Virus record (IMG/VR): IMGVR_UViG_3300018080_001739
Coordinates: 1 to 37,131 of that record
Length of the DNA: 37,131 bases
From: a virus
Lineage: Duplodnaviria; Caudoviricetes
Reading direction: 5' to 3' (one strand)
The translations under genes were made by a program, and so were the position numbers. Position 1 is the stretch's first letter. Each line of letters begins with the position of its first letter. Below, piece by piece: positions 8,175-17,941 of this stretch. Under the pieces are notes generated by a model, which made no database searches, had not been told where the DNA came from, and was given only the letters and a program-made list of their open reading frames with translations.

Positions 8175-8239
8175 CAGGTAGATAAGGTCTTACTCGGACG
8201 AAATCTAACTACGCAGATGGTTATCATTTGGGTAGTGTT

Positions 8240-9310
8240 ATGAGTGATTTTCGCGCAACGACTACCACATCGGATGTTGCAAATTTAATTAAGCCTTATT
8301 ATGATAGGGTTCTCTTAACGGTTCTTGACCCAACACTGCGCTTTTACCAATTTGGTGAGAAAAAGCCGGTTCCAATGGGCGAAGGAACAAGTGTTATATG
8401 GAACTTGCCATATAAGTTAGACCTTGGTCGAATCTTGACCGAGGGTCAGGCATTTACAACATCAGCAGGACGCAACCTATCAACCTATAAGGTTTCGGGT
8501 ATTCTCGAGCAGTATGGTGATATTGCTCCTGTAACAGATGTGGTATCAATGACTGCTATCACTGATGTCGATAAAATGGCGATTGAACGACTTGGTGAAC
8601 AGGCGGCTATTACAATAGACCGTGTAATTGCAAACGCAATTATTCACAATGTTTCAACATCAACTTTGAAAGCTCATCACCTCTTTAAGACCTCAACAGA
8701 GGTTACTGATTATTGGGGTATGACTTCAACAGTTAGTGCTGGAATTATGACTGTTTCATCAACAAACGTTATTGCTGTATCAGACGTTAGGAGTGCGGTC
8801 TTTAAACTTAAATCTCTTAATGTAAAACCTTATACAGGGCAGGATTACATTGGTGTACCCTGTACAGAACAGATGGATGATATTGCCGGAGATAGTCAGT
8901 TTATCGAATTTCATCAGTATGTTGAAAAGGGCGTAGATAAGCTCTACAATGGTGAGAATGGTAAAATCTATGGCTGTCGTTTGATTGATGCACCAACTGG
9001 GCCTGCAAAGCGTGGCTCAAATTCTGGTGGCACAGCATCAACGATTGCCTACGGTATGCCTATATTTGGTAAAGGTTTTTATGGTGTAACCGAATGGGGC
9101 GGTGGACTAAAGACTTATATTGCACGTGGTGCAACAAAGTCTGACCCGCTTAATCAGTTCTCAACCTATGGTTGGAAGATTACTTTTACGTCAAAGGTAC
9201 TCAATCCATCCGCAGGTCTTACCCTATGGACTGGTTCACGGGATACAACCGCCGCATATGCGGAATCAGCAGGTTCCGGCTTGCGTCATGAAGATCCACC
9301 TTCATATTAA
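8240..9310 (+). CDS. Major capsid protein, N4-gp56 family (HK97 fold)
   Basis: YYDRVLL, FYQFGEKK, LTEG, LEQYG, GENGKIYGCR, DPLNQFSTYGWK; ATG 8240 preferred. Confidence 0.92.
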   Translation: MSDFRATTTTSDVANLIKPYYDRVLLTVLDPTLRFYQFGEKKPVPMGEGTSVIWNLPYKLDLGRILTEGQAFTTSAGRNLSTYKVSGILEQYGDIAPVTDVVSMTAITDVDKMAIERLGEQAAITIDRVIANAIIHNVSTSTLKAHHLFKTSTEVTDYWGMTSTVSAGIMTVSSTNVIAVSDVRSAVFKLKSLNVKPYTGQDYIGVPCTEQMDDIAGDSQFIEFHQYVEKGVDKLYNGENGKIYGCRLIDAPTGPAKRGSNSGGTASTIAYGMPIFGKGFYGVTEWGGGLKTYIARGATKSDPLNQFSTYGWKITFTSKVLNPSAGLTLWTGSRDTTAAYAESAGSGLRHEDPPSY

Positions 9311-9316
9311 GTTTAT

Positions 9317-9342
9317 ACTGTCTCTCACTTGTGGGAGGCAGT
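9317..9342 (+). other. Stable hairpin after the capsid gene (mRNA stabiliser, no U-tract)
   Basis: ACTGTCTCTCA-CTTG-TGGGAGGCAGT. Confidence 0.5.
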
Positions 9343-9356
9343 GCTAAGCTTAATAT

Positions 9357-9929
9357 ATGGCATTACCACCACCTTATCCATCCGTACAACAAATGATAGC
9401 GGCAGGAATTGATAAAGCCAGTAGGGCTACTGGAGTTATTGAATATGAGCATCACGAGATACACGCAGGTAGTCATTATGAGGTAGTAGACGCTGTTGAC
9501 CTTGCAATAAACAATGTTCGGGATATTCAAATTACTACACCAAATACTACGAAATGGGCGCACTTTGTATTTAGTTTGCACTGTGAGAATGAGACAGAAT
9601 GGTATCTATATGAAAATGTAACGATAAACACCGCAGGAACCTCTGTTACTCCGAAGAACAATAATCGCAATAGTACCAATACTTCAGGACTTACGGTGGC
9701 GACTATTGATAATACGTCTGTTGCAAACGCCAATGCTGATACAGCAGTAGCGGGAGCAACCGAGATTGAACACGGGATTGTTGCGGCTAAACGGCAAAGT
9801 ACAGGAGCGGCGGAACGTACAAGAGAGATTATATTAAAACAAAATGAAGATTATACTCTTCGTATAATTGCAACTGCTGCAGGTTTTACGTCTTATGACC
9901 TGGAGTGGTATGAGCATACTAATAAATAA
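9357..9929 (+). CDS. Putative virion decoration / minor structural protein
   Basis: Beta-rich, Thr/Asn-rich, directly after the capsid gene. Confidence 0.5.
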   Translation: MALPPPYPSVQQMIAAGIDKASRATGVIEYEHHEIHAGSHYEVVDAVDLAINNVRDIQITTPNTTKWAHFVFSLHCENETEWYLYENVTINTAGTSVTPKNNNRNSTNTSGLTVATIDNTSVANANADTAVAGATEIEHGIVAAKRQSTGAAERTREIILKQNEDYTLRIIATAAGFTSYDLEWYEHTNK

Positions 9930-9937
9930 ATAGAATT

Positions 9938-10084
9938 ATGGTAGAAGAAAAGAAACCAAAGGCAACAGGACTTGGTAAGTGTGCCGGATGCGGTAAAGCA
10001 CTTGAGGCCTATGTTGTCGCAGGAGAAGAGCGATATTGCTCTGACCATTGCGTAAAGGAAGCTACTGCACCTAAGAAGAAATAG
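9938..10084 (+). CDS. Small zinc-binding protein, 48 aa (not in ORF track)
   Basis: CAGC...YCSDHC; stop abuts the next ATG. Confidence 0.55.
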   Translation: MVEEKKPKATGLGKCAGCGKALEAYVVAGEERYCSDHCVKEATAPKKK

Positions 10085-10993
10085 ATGAAAATATTTATTC
10101 CTGGTGCGGCTGGGTTTATCGGTTCTCATCTATGGGATTTTCTGGAAAGTAAAGGACATGAGGTAGAGGGGATTGATAATTTTCAGCATGCTTCTAAGCA
10201 CCCAAAAAACTCACGGGCGAAGTATGGAGATATACGCTATTACGCAGATATAGAACCCTTTGTTAAATGGGCAGACATAACAATACTTACTGCGGCTCAA
10301 ATCCACGTTGACAAGTCAATTACAAATCCACAGGAAACAGTAGACATAAATGTTTCAGGAACACTCAATATTTTAGAGGCAGTAAGAAAGTACGATAAAC
10401 GTCTTATATTCGCTTCATCATCAGAGGTTTATGGATCAAGCCAATCTGAAACAATGGATGAACTTCATCCGCTTGACGGACAAAGTCCGTACGCCGCTTC
10501 TAAAACGGCTGGCGATAGATTATGTAAAGCGTATTTTGACACATACGGAACGAAAGTAACGATTTTAAGAAACTTCAATACATTTGGAGAATATCAAAAC
10601 GACACCTCCTATGGGGGTGTTATCGCCATATTTACACGCAAAGCCCTAGCTGGAGAGGATATTGTAGTTTTTGGCACAGGCAAGCAGTCAAGGGATTATA
10701 TGTACATTGAGGATGCTCTCCTAGGTTATGAGCTATGTATGAATACCCAAGAGCTTATAGGGGAAAGTGTGAATGTAGGAACGGGTGAGACAATAACAAT
10801 AAATGAGTTAGCTGATATAATTAAAAAAATAACTAAGTCTAAGTCGAAGATTGTTCATGTGGCAAAGAGACCGGGCGAGGTGATGAGGCTTTGTGCCGAT
10901 ATTACCAAAGCCCGTGATTACGGGTTTGAGCCTCAAACAGACTGCGAGAAAGATATAAAAAAATATGTGGGATGGTATCGTAAACACTGTTAG
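10085..10993 (+). CDS. NAD-dependent NDP-sugar epimerase/4,6-dehydratase (extended SDR)
   Basis: GAAGFIG, AAQIHVDKSI, SSSEVYG, SPYAASK, RDYMYIED. Confidence 0.92.
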   Translation: MKIFIPGAAGFIGSHLWDFLESKGHEVEGIDNFQHASKHPKNSRAKYGDIRYYADIEPFVKWADITILTAAQIHVDKSITNPQETVDINVSGTLNILEAVRKYDKRLIFASSSEVYGSSQSETMDELHPLDGQSPYAASKTAGDRLCKAYFDTYGTKVTILRNFNTFGEYQNDTSYGGVIAIFTRKALAGEDIVVFGTGKQSRDYMYIEDALLGYELCMNTQELIGESVNVGTGETITINELADIIKKITKSKSKIVHVAKRPGEVMRLCADITKARDYGFEPQTDCEKDIKKYVGWYRKHC

Positions 10994-11150
10994 TACTTTG
11001 ATAATTACAATGGTTGCACTTACGGTTATAGGAGTTGCTTTTGTTATTTGGCTTCATTGGGACATGATAAAGATTGATGATTGGTTTATATTTGCTATCG
11101 GGTTGTTTTTAGTTGCACTTGTTGTATTCATTTTAAGCTACTTTATATGA
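10965..11150 (+). CDS. Small two-TM membrane protein
   Basis: Two hydrophobic stretches; overlaps both neighbours. Confidence 0.55.
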   Translation: MWDGIVNTVSTLIITMVALTVIGVAFVIWLHWDMIKIDDWFIFAIGLFLVALVVFILSYFI

Positions 11151-12169
11151 TTCCATTTTGTAAGGCACAAATAGGCAAGAAAGAGAGAAAGGCGGTAGAC
11201 AAGGTACTTAAATCAGGCTGGCTTACTACAGGTAAAGTTACGAGACAATTTGAAAAGGAATTTGCCGAGTATGTAGATAGTGAGTATGCGGTGGCAGTTT
11301 CAAGTTGTACGGTAGCTTTAGAGCTTGCTCTTAAGTGTAAGGGAATTGGTAAAGGAGATTTGGTTATTGTCCCGTCATTTACGTTTGCCGCTACGGCTCA
11401 AGCACCGCTTAATGTGGGAGCGGACATTCTCTTTGGTGATATTGAACCTGTGAATTACACACTTGATCCTAGATGTCCTCATGTAAAACTTGGACTAAAG
11501 CACGCAAAGGCTGTTATTCCGGTTCACTTAGGGGGAAGAAAAGCAAGGACGGATTATTTAAATAAGATTGTGATTGAGGATTCCGCACACAGGATTGAAC
11601 GGGGTCAATGTGCCGGAAACAATAATTTGGTATGCTTCTCCTTTTACCCGACTAAGAATATGACAACAGGCGAGGGTGGTATGATTGCAACGAATTCAAG
11701 AGAAGATTATGAGTGGCTCCTTAAGGCTCGTTCTCACGGCAGAGATAAACTTGTAGGACACGGATACGAGGTGCATTTTACAGGGATGAAAGCAAACCTC
11801 CCAGATGTGTTATCGGCGATAGGATTGGAGCAACTTAAAAAATTGGATTGGATGAATAGAAAGCGGGATGAGATAGTGGAGCTTTATAACATGAATCTTA
11901 ATCGTGGTAAGTGGCATGGAAATCACCTATATCCTATCTTTGTAAAGGATGCCGAGGATTTCATACGATATATGAGAGATAACGGGGTACAGTGTTCACA
12001 GCATTTTCAACCGCTTCATAAGATGAAAGGATTCGCAAAGCATAATAAATTTAAATTGCTTATGACGGAAAAGCTAGCTCCCAAAGAGGTAAGTCTCCCT
12101 TTATATCCGGCACTTAAAAGACGAGAAGTATTAAAGATTTGTAAGTTAATAAATGATTATGAAAATTAG
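11147..12169 (+). CDS. DegT/DnrJ/EryC1/StrS PLP-dependent sugar aminotransferase
   Basis: SGWLTTG, VSSCTVAL, PSFTFAAT, EDSAH, FSFYPTKNMTTGEGGM, SLPLYP; start ATG 11147. Confidence 0.93.
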   Translation: MIPFCKAQIGKKERKAVDKVLKSGWLTTGKVTRQFEKEFAEYVDSEYAVAVSSCTVALELALKCKGIGKGDLVIVPSFTFAATAQAPLNVGADILFGDIEPVNYTLDPRCPHVKLGLKHAKAVIPVHLGGRKARTDYLNKIVIEDSAHRIERGQCAGNNNLVCFSFYPTKNMTTGEGGMIATNSREDYEWLLKARSHGRDKLVGHGYEVHFTGMKANLPDVLSAIGLEQLKKLDWMNRKRDEIVELYNMNLNRGKWHGNHLYPIFVKDAEDFIRYMRDNGVQCSQHFQPLHKMKGFAKHNKFKLLMTEKLAPKEVSLPLYPALKRREVLKICKLINDYEN

Positions 12170-12347
12170 TAGGTATATTATCATGGTTGGTATCCTTTTA
12201 ATTGTAGTGATTCTTTTTTCAATAGCTGTATTGTTGTTCCTCACTGGATTTGATGAGCTTGGAAAAGATTTTGTATTTATAGGGTATATGTTAAGTTTTG
12301 TTGGATTTTTTGTATCAATGGGAATGACTGTTAAATATCTGAAATAA
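12153..12347 (+). CDS. Small two-TM membrane protein
   Basis: Two hydrophobic stretches; fills the gap between enzymes. Confidence 0.55.
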   Translation: MIMKISRYIIMVGILLIVVILFSIAVLLFLTGFDELGKDFVFIGYMLSFVGFFVSMGMTVKYLK

Positions 12348-12350
12348 TGT

Positions 12351-13175
12351 ATGAGTAAAAAGTTTCTATTAATAGGACTAGGCTTTATTGCCGACAGGCA
12401 TATTTCAGCCATTGAGGCGGTAGGCGGTTCTCTTGTCGCCGGATGTGATATTGATAAGAGTAAGGCATACAAGATAAACGGGGCTAAATTTTATGAGAAT
12501 TGGATGAAGATGCTTGATGAGGTTGAATGTGATTATGTGGTTATATGTACGCCAAATGATTTGCATGCGGGTATGGCGGATTACGCAACAAACGTTGTAG
12601 GAAGAGAGGTTATTTGTGAAAAGCCTCCGGTGATTACTCCCGGTGAATATGATTTGCTTAAATTTATTGATAAGATAAATATTGTTCTCCAGTGCCGTTA
12701 TTCAGAACCTCTGCAACACTTAAAAGACAGATTGATACTTGCAGATAAAAAAGACGTTGAAATGAGGATTGAAGTACACAGAGATGATTGGTATATGGAT
12801 AGCTGGAAAGCTGACCCTGCAAAGAGCGGGGGACTTCTTTACAATATCGGGTGCCATTATTTTGACCTTTTGTGCTGGTGGTTTGGTGAGCCGAAAGATT
12901 GCAAGATAAAAGATGGCAGTAAAAAGCGGATCGATGGTGAGGTAGAATTTGACAAGGCATCAGTGAAGTTTACAGTGGCAATAGACGCTCCGATTGATAA
13001 ACAAAAACGAGTATTTAAGATTGGGGAAGAGAATATAAATCTGACACAGCTTGGGTTTGAATCTCTACATACAAAGGTCTATGAGGATATTATTAAAGGG
13101 AAAGGGTATAAGTTAAAGGATTTTGAAACAGCAATGAACTTAATAGAAAAACTATATGATTCACGAAAAAGCTGA
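12351..13175 (+). CDS. wbpB: Gfo/Idh/MocA NDP-sugar C3-dehydrogenase, WbpB/WlbA-like
   Basis: IGLGFIADRH, ICTPNDLH, ICEKP, WYMDSWKAD...NIGCHYFD, GFESLHTKVYEDII. Confidence 0.8.
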   Translation: MSKKFLLIGLGFIADRHISAIEAVGGSLVAGCDIDKSKAYKINGAKFYENWMKMLDEVECDYVVICTPNDLHAGMADYATNVVGREVICEKPPVITPGEYDLLKFIDKINIVLQCRYSEPLQHLKDRLILADKKDVEMRIEVHRDDWYMDSWKADPAKSGGLLYNIGCHYFDLLCWWFGEPKDCKIKDGSKKRIDGEVEFDKASVKFTVAIDAPIDKQKRVFKIGEENINLTQLGFESLHTKVYEDIIKGKGYKLKDFETAMNLIEKLYDSRKS

Positions 13176-13623
13176 AGTAGACAAAGGCGCAAAAGTATTG
13201 GAGAGTGTTACTATTTGGAGATGGTCGCATATATGCGAGGGGGCGTTCATAGGTGAAAACACAATGATTGGAGAATGTGTTTACATCGGAATGAATGCAA
13301 CTGTGGGAGCTGATGTGCGGATTCAAAATGGCTCTCAAATATTTGACGGAGTAGTAATTGAGGATAACGTTTATATCGGCCCGAACGTTGTATTTACAAA
13401 CGTTAGAAAGCCAAAGGTAGAACGAAAGGCAGAAGAGTATCTACCGACTGTTATAAAAAAGGGGGCGTCAATCGGGGCAAATAGTACGATTGTCTGCGGT
13501 ATAGAGGTAGGTGAGGGAGCGACTGTTTTACCCGGTACTGTGGTTCATAAGACAATCCCACCACGTGTTACGTGTGCGGGTAACCCAGCAAGAATATTAA
13601 AACAACCTAGAATGACTTTATGA
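13156..13623 (+). CDS. wbpD: Hexapeptide-repeat sugar N-acetyltransferase, WbpD/WlbB-like
   Basis: IWRWSHI, IGPNVVFTN, GASIGANSTIVCG, GNPAR. Confidence 0.82.
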   Translation: MIHEKAEVDKGAKVLESVTIWRWSHICEGAFIGENTMIGECVYIGMNATVGADVRIQNGSQIFDGVVIEDNVYIGPNVVFTNVRKPKVERKAEEYLPTVIKKGASIGANSTIVCGIEVGEGATVLPGTVVHKTIPPRVTCAGNPARILKQPRMTL

Positions 13624-15779
13624 AAAGTAAAAAAGATTTACCGAAAATATCCTTTATCACACCAAATTTTAACGATGGGGATACAATCGGACAAATGATT
13701 GATAGTATAATGGATCAGGATTATCCGAACATTGAGCAGATTGTTGTTGATGATGGCTCAAAGGATAAATCACTTGAAGTTTTAAAAAAGAAAGAGAAGC
13801 AATATAAAAATTTAAAAGTAATAAAAGGACGACATAAGGGAGCATGCTTTGCAAGGAATTTGGGAGCAAAAGAAGCTACGGGAGATTATGTTTCATTTTT
13901 ACCGGCAGATGCGATTCTTTATCCCGGCGTAGTGAGAACTTGGATGAATCATCTAATGGATTCAGATGCTGATTTCCTCTATGGAGGGTATAGGTTTGTA
14001 CACGAACTTGGTGGAGCGTCAGCAATGGATTATATGGGTGAACCTTTTGATGAATACGCCCTGACTGTTACTAATTATATTGATGGTTCCTTTCCTCTTA
14101 AAAAGAAGTTATTTGACAAGATGGGTGGATGGGATGTTGCGATTAAGTCTCTTCAAGACTGGGACTTTTGGCTGAATGCTGTGATAAACCATAAGGCTAA
14201 GGGCTTATATATACCTGAAATATTTTTTGAAACAACACTGCCTCATAAAGGGGGTTTGTCGGATGATAGTCATAATAATTGGATTGAAAGAACTAAAACG
14301 ATAAAAAAGAAATATGGCATCCCAGAGCGAGAGATATGCGTTACCTCTCCCGGTGCAGGTTTTCATGGCAAGAGAGTAGCAAAACTCTTAGAGGGAGATT
14401 ACAAGGAGAATCCGGCGCATAAACCGCATAAGCATGACTTGATATACCTCTTAGGGCTTTATCCGAGTATCATAGAGCATTGTACGAGTGTATTTATTGG
14501 ACATAAGGGGCTTAGGGTGGTGCATTGGATAGGGTCGGATATTTTACAGTTACAATCTCTAAGTGCGCATCATAAACAGATTATTGTTGATTGGGTAAAA
14601 AATAATGTTGATGTTAATCTTACAGAATTTAAACAAACACAGAATGAGCTAAAGGCACTGGGAATAAATTCAAAGATTTTACCACTCCCACCTGGCAAGT
14701 TTTATCCGGTAACTCCGTTTCCGAAGAAGTTTACTGTAGCGGTGTATATGCCACTTGTAAATCAAGAGGGTTATCTACCGGAGTTTGTGGACAGGATTAC
14801 GAAGAAGTGTCGCAGTGTGGAATTTAAGTTTTTTGGCAATCCTGAACAGCTTGGCCGTAAGGGGAATGTAGAGTATCTCGGCAGGCTTAATGAAAAGCAG
14901 ATGGAGACGCTTATTTCGGAAAGTTCGTGCCTTATGAGGATGTTGCCACACGATGGACTGTCAATTTCAGTAGAGGAATTTCTGTGTGCCGGAAGACGGG
15001 TGATAACAAATATCCCCCATATTAAAGGGGCTTTTAATGCAAAGTTAGATATTGATGCGACTATTGAAGAAATAAACAAAGTAAAGAAATTTAAAGAACC
15101 AGATGAGGCAAACGCTAAGTATTGGCGCAGTAAGCTCTCACATAAAAAGTACAAGAAGTTTTTTGACAACTTACTCGCATATGACCCTAAAGATTATTGG
15201 GAAGAGCGTGCGATATGTTGGGACGATATTGAACAGAAATATAATAGTCAGCTTATTGATGAGAAAGCGGTTGTAAAACAGATAAAGAAGTTAAAACCAA
15301 AATCTATCCTTGATCTTGGATGTGGTAATGGTAATTGGGCGAAAGTAATTAAAAAGCATTTTCCTGATATTGAATACTTGGGCGTTGATATATCTAAAAG
15401 GATGGTGAATCTTGCGAGTGCGAATGTGCCAGATGCGGATTTTGAAGTAGCAGATGCAAGGAATTTGGCTAATTTTAGCAGAAAATTTGACCTTGTGTTT
15501 GCTTACACGTGTTTCTTGCACGTACCTCAAGATGATATGCCGTCTGTTGCAAGAGGACTCGGGAAAGTTAGTGATAAACTTTTAATGGTAGAACCAACAA
15601 AGGAACCGCCACCTCCTCAAGGACACAGGCAATTACCACCGGAAATGATAACGGAAATTGAGAAAGGGAATGTTATATTGCACCCAAAGGCAATTATGAT
15701 TCACGATTATGATAAGTATTTCAAAATTACAAAGAGGATAGATCTAAAGCAAAGAAATTTAATGGTGGCTGATTTATGA
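13620..15779 (+). CDS. Fusion of GT2 glycosyltransferase, GT-B-like domain and SAM methyltransferase
   Basis: ITPNFN..VVDDGSKD..ARNLG..QDWDFW; HWIGSD..DGLSISVEEFLCAGR; LDLGCGNG..GVDIS..FDLVF. Confidence 0.85.
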   Translation: MKSKKDLPKISFITPNFNDGDTIGQMIDSIMDQDYPNIEQIVVDDGSKDKSLEVLKKKEKQYKNLKVIKGRHKGACFARNLGAKEATGDYVSFLPADAILYPGVVRTWMNHLMDSDADFLYGGYRFVHELGGASAMDYMGEPFDEYALTVTNYIDGSFPLKKKLFDKMGGWDVAIKSLQDWDFWLNAVINHKAKGLYIPEIFFETTLPHKGGLSDDSHNNWIERTKTIKKKYGIPEREICVTSPGAGFHGKRVAKLLEGDYKENPAHKPHKHDLIYLLGLYPSIIEHCTSVFIGHKGLRVVHWIGSDILQLQSLSAHHKQIIVDWVKNNVDVNLTEFKQTQNELKALGINSKILPLPPGKFYPVTPFPKKFTVAVYMPLVNQEGYLPEFVDRITKKCRSVEFKFFGNPEQLGRKGNVEYLGRLNEKQMETLISESSCLMRMLPHDGLSISVEEFLCAGRRVITNIPHIKGAFNAKLDIDATIEEINKVKKFKEPDEANAKYWRSKLSHKKYKKFFDNLLAYDPKDYWEERAICWDDIEQKYNSQLIDEKAVVKQIKKLKPKSILDLGCGNGNWAKVIKKHFPDIEYLGVDISKRMVNLASANVPDADFEVADARNLANFSRKFDLVFAYTCFLHVPQDDMPSVARGLGKVSDKLLMVEPTKEPPPPQGHRQLPPEMITEIEKGNVILHPKAIMIHDYDKYFKITKRIDLKQRNLMVADL

Positions 15780-16756
15780 AGTTTCTAACAATAATTGGTA
15801 CAAGACCAAACCTGACAAAGATTGACGCAAAGTTGAAGCAGGCTATTATATGGACAGGGCAACACTGGGATAAGAATATGAAAGACTTGGGTCTGAAGCT
15901 ACCCAAGCCAAAAAAAGATATTGGGGTTCAGGACATAGGGTATATCTTAGGAGAATTGATTGGTGAGATTGTTATTGAAAAACCTGATATGGTGATAGTT
16001 TACGGGGATACGAATACCGCTCTTATGGGGGCGATTGCCGCCAAACAGCAAAGAAAGAAACTTGTGCATATAGAGGCCGGTATGAGAAGCGGTAATATGG
16101 ATATGCTTGAAGAGCAGAATCGCATAATGATAGATCAGATTTCCGATATATTGTTTTGTCCCTCAATTGTGGAGGCACAGAGGCTTCAAGATGAAAAAGT
16201 AAAAGGAACGATTATTATCTCCGGAGCAACGCAGTTGGACACATTGTTTGACCAGTTCCCTGTAAAGCCAATTAAGAAGTACAAGAATCACCTGCTTCTT
16301 ACGCTTCATCGTGCGGAAACTGTGGATGATAAGGACGCATTAAAAGAAGTAATGGAAGCATTAGACGGTAAGGATAAAATAGTCTGGCCAATACATCCAA
16401 GAACTAAAAAGCGATTAAAAGAATTTAAAATAAAGATACCTAAGAATATTGAGGTAATTGAACCTGTAAAATACGAGAAGATGGTAACTCTTATGGGGTC
16501 AGTTAAAAAGATTTTGACGGATTCGGGAGGTATTCAAGTTGAGGCACACTTTATGAGAGTACCCTGCATAACACTTCGCAATGAGACTGAATGGACGCAA
16601 ACAGTAGAGAGTGGATGGAATATGCTTGTTGGAACTGATAAGGACGTGATTAGGGCGGCTATCGCAAAACCACACTCAAGGGGATTACCAAGGGATTTAG
16701 TATATGGGGATGGATTTGCAAAAGATAAGATTCGTCAATATTTAGAAAGTTTATGA
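15776..16756 (+). CDS. wecB: Non-hydrolysing UDP-GlcNAc-type 2-epimerase (WecB/WbpI-like)
   Basis: GTRP, TGQH, GDTNT, HIEAGMRS, EEQNR, TLHR, TDSGGIQ, LRNETEW. Confidence 0.9.
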   Translation: MKFLTIIGTRPNLTKIDAKLKQAIIWTGQHWDKNMKDLGLKLPKPKKDIGVQDIGYILGELIGEIVIEKPDMVIVYGDTNTALMGAIAAKQQRKKLVHIEAGMRSGNMDMLEEQNRIMIDQISDILFCPSIVEAQRLQDEKVKGTIIISGATQLDTLFDQFPVKPIKKYKNHLLLTLHRAETVDDKDALKEVMEALDGKDKIVWPIHPRTKKRLKEFKIKIPKNIEVIEPVKYEKMVTLMGSVKKILTDSGGIQVEAHFMRVPCITLRNETEWTQTVESGWNMLVGTDKDVIRAAIAKPHSRGLPRDLVYGDGFAKDKIRQYLESL

Positions 16757-17883
16757 AGAAACCAAAGATATTTCTGTTTTTAACACAGGTTGCAAATTGC
16801 GGTGTGGGATATTATCGCCAGTGGTTACCGCTTAAACGCTTAGAAGAACAAGGTAAGATTGAACTTCGGGTGATAGATTTTAACTGGGGTAAGAAAGAAA
16901 TCCCTAATCCTTATATTGCTGAAATTGGTGAAGACCAGATGCACGATATTAAACTTGATAAGAAGTTTGAGGAAGCGATGCACTGGGCAGACCTTATTTA
17001 TATATGCCGTGATGAATCAACACCGTTTATTTCCGTGATTGGCGGATTTAAAGAGTATTTTAAAAGAGAAAAAATAAAGAAACCGATTCTTGTGGATATT
17101 GACGATATGGTGGCTCATACAAGACCTCATAATCCGGGATATATGTCATTTTACCCGGGATCGTCATACATTCCGTTAAATAAACATTTGGCGACACTTG
17201 TTGACGGTATCACGGTATCAACCGAGTATCTTAAGAAATTTTATAAGAATGACAACAAGAATATTTCTGTTTGTCCGAATAGTTTGGATTTAAGATGGCG
17301 TGATAAATATGCGGATGTAAAGCCAGCGTTTAAAAAGAAAAAGGATGAGATAAGAATTGGCTGGGCAGGAAGTGCAGCTCATTGGGAGAATTTAAAGCAG
17401 ATTGAGAAACCTTTATATGAGATAATGAAAAAGTACCCGAATGTAACATTTCATTATACGGGACTTTATGGAGACCTTTTTAAATGGCGTAAGATGAAAG
17501 ATAGAATTAAAACGGTGGGATTCGTTGACCTTAAAGAGTGGCCGAAAAAGCTAAAGAGTATGGGATTTGATATTGCACTTGCACCTCTGGCGGATAATAA
17601 TTTTAACAGGGCAAAGAGTAATTTAAGGGTATTGGAGTATTGGGCGGCCGGGTATCCTGTGATAGCATCTCCTGTAGAGCCTTACAAGTTCATAAGAGAG
17701 GGAGTTGACGGTTATCTTGCGATGGAAGAGAATGAATGGTTTGATAGATTGGAGCTTCTTGTGAAAGATAAGTATGTACGGAATGCTCTTGCCAATAAAG
17801 GGTATTTGCGGGTAAAGGAAGAATTCAACGTTGATATGAATGCGGATGTATGGATGAGTGTTTTTAAAAAATTTATCAGTTGA
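16753..17883 (+). CDS. GT-B (GT4-like) glycosyltransferase
   Basis: YYRQWLP, DIDD, ITVSTEYL, IGWAGSAAH, DIALAPL..FNRAKS..LEY. Confidence 0.85.
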   Translation: MKKPKIFLFLTQVANCGVGYYRQWLPLKRLEEQGKIELRVIDFNWGKKEIPNPYIAEIGEDQMHDIKLDKKFEEAMHWADLIYICRDESTPFISVIGGFKEYFKREKIKKPILVDIDDMVAHTRPHNPGYMSFYPGSSYIPLNKHLATLVDGITVSTEYLKKFYKNDNKNISVCPNSLDLRWRDKYADVKPAFKKKKDEIRIGWAGSAAHWENLKQIEKPLYEIMKKYPNVTFHYTGLYGDLFKWRKMKDRIKTVGFVDLKEWPKKLKSMGFDIALAPLADNNFNRAKSNLRVLEYWAAGYPVIASPVEPYKFIREGVDGYLAMEENEWFDRLELLVKDKYVRNALANKGYLRVKEEFNVDMNADVWMSVFKKFIS

Positions 17884-17904
17884 TTAAAACATTAAGTAAA
17901 AATC

Positions 17905-17933
17905 AACCCAGCTTAAATGGCTGGGTTTTATTT
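17905..17933 (+). terminator. Terminator-like hairpin closing the first glycan gene block
   Basis: AACCCAGC-7 nt-GCTGGGTT followed by TTATTT. Confidence 0.55.
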
Positions 17934-17941
17934 GTAAAAAT

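Noticed and set aside
8179-8212. Hammerhead ribozyme suggested by GGACGAAA
   Set aside because: No CUGANGA core upstream of the stem.
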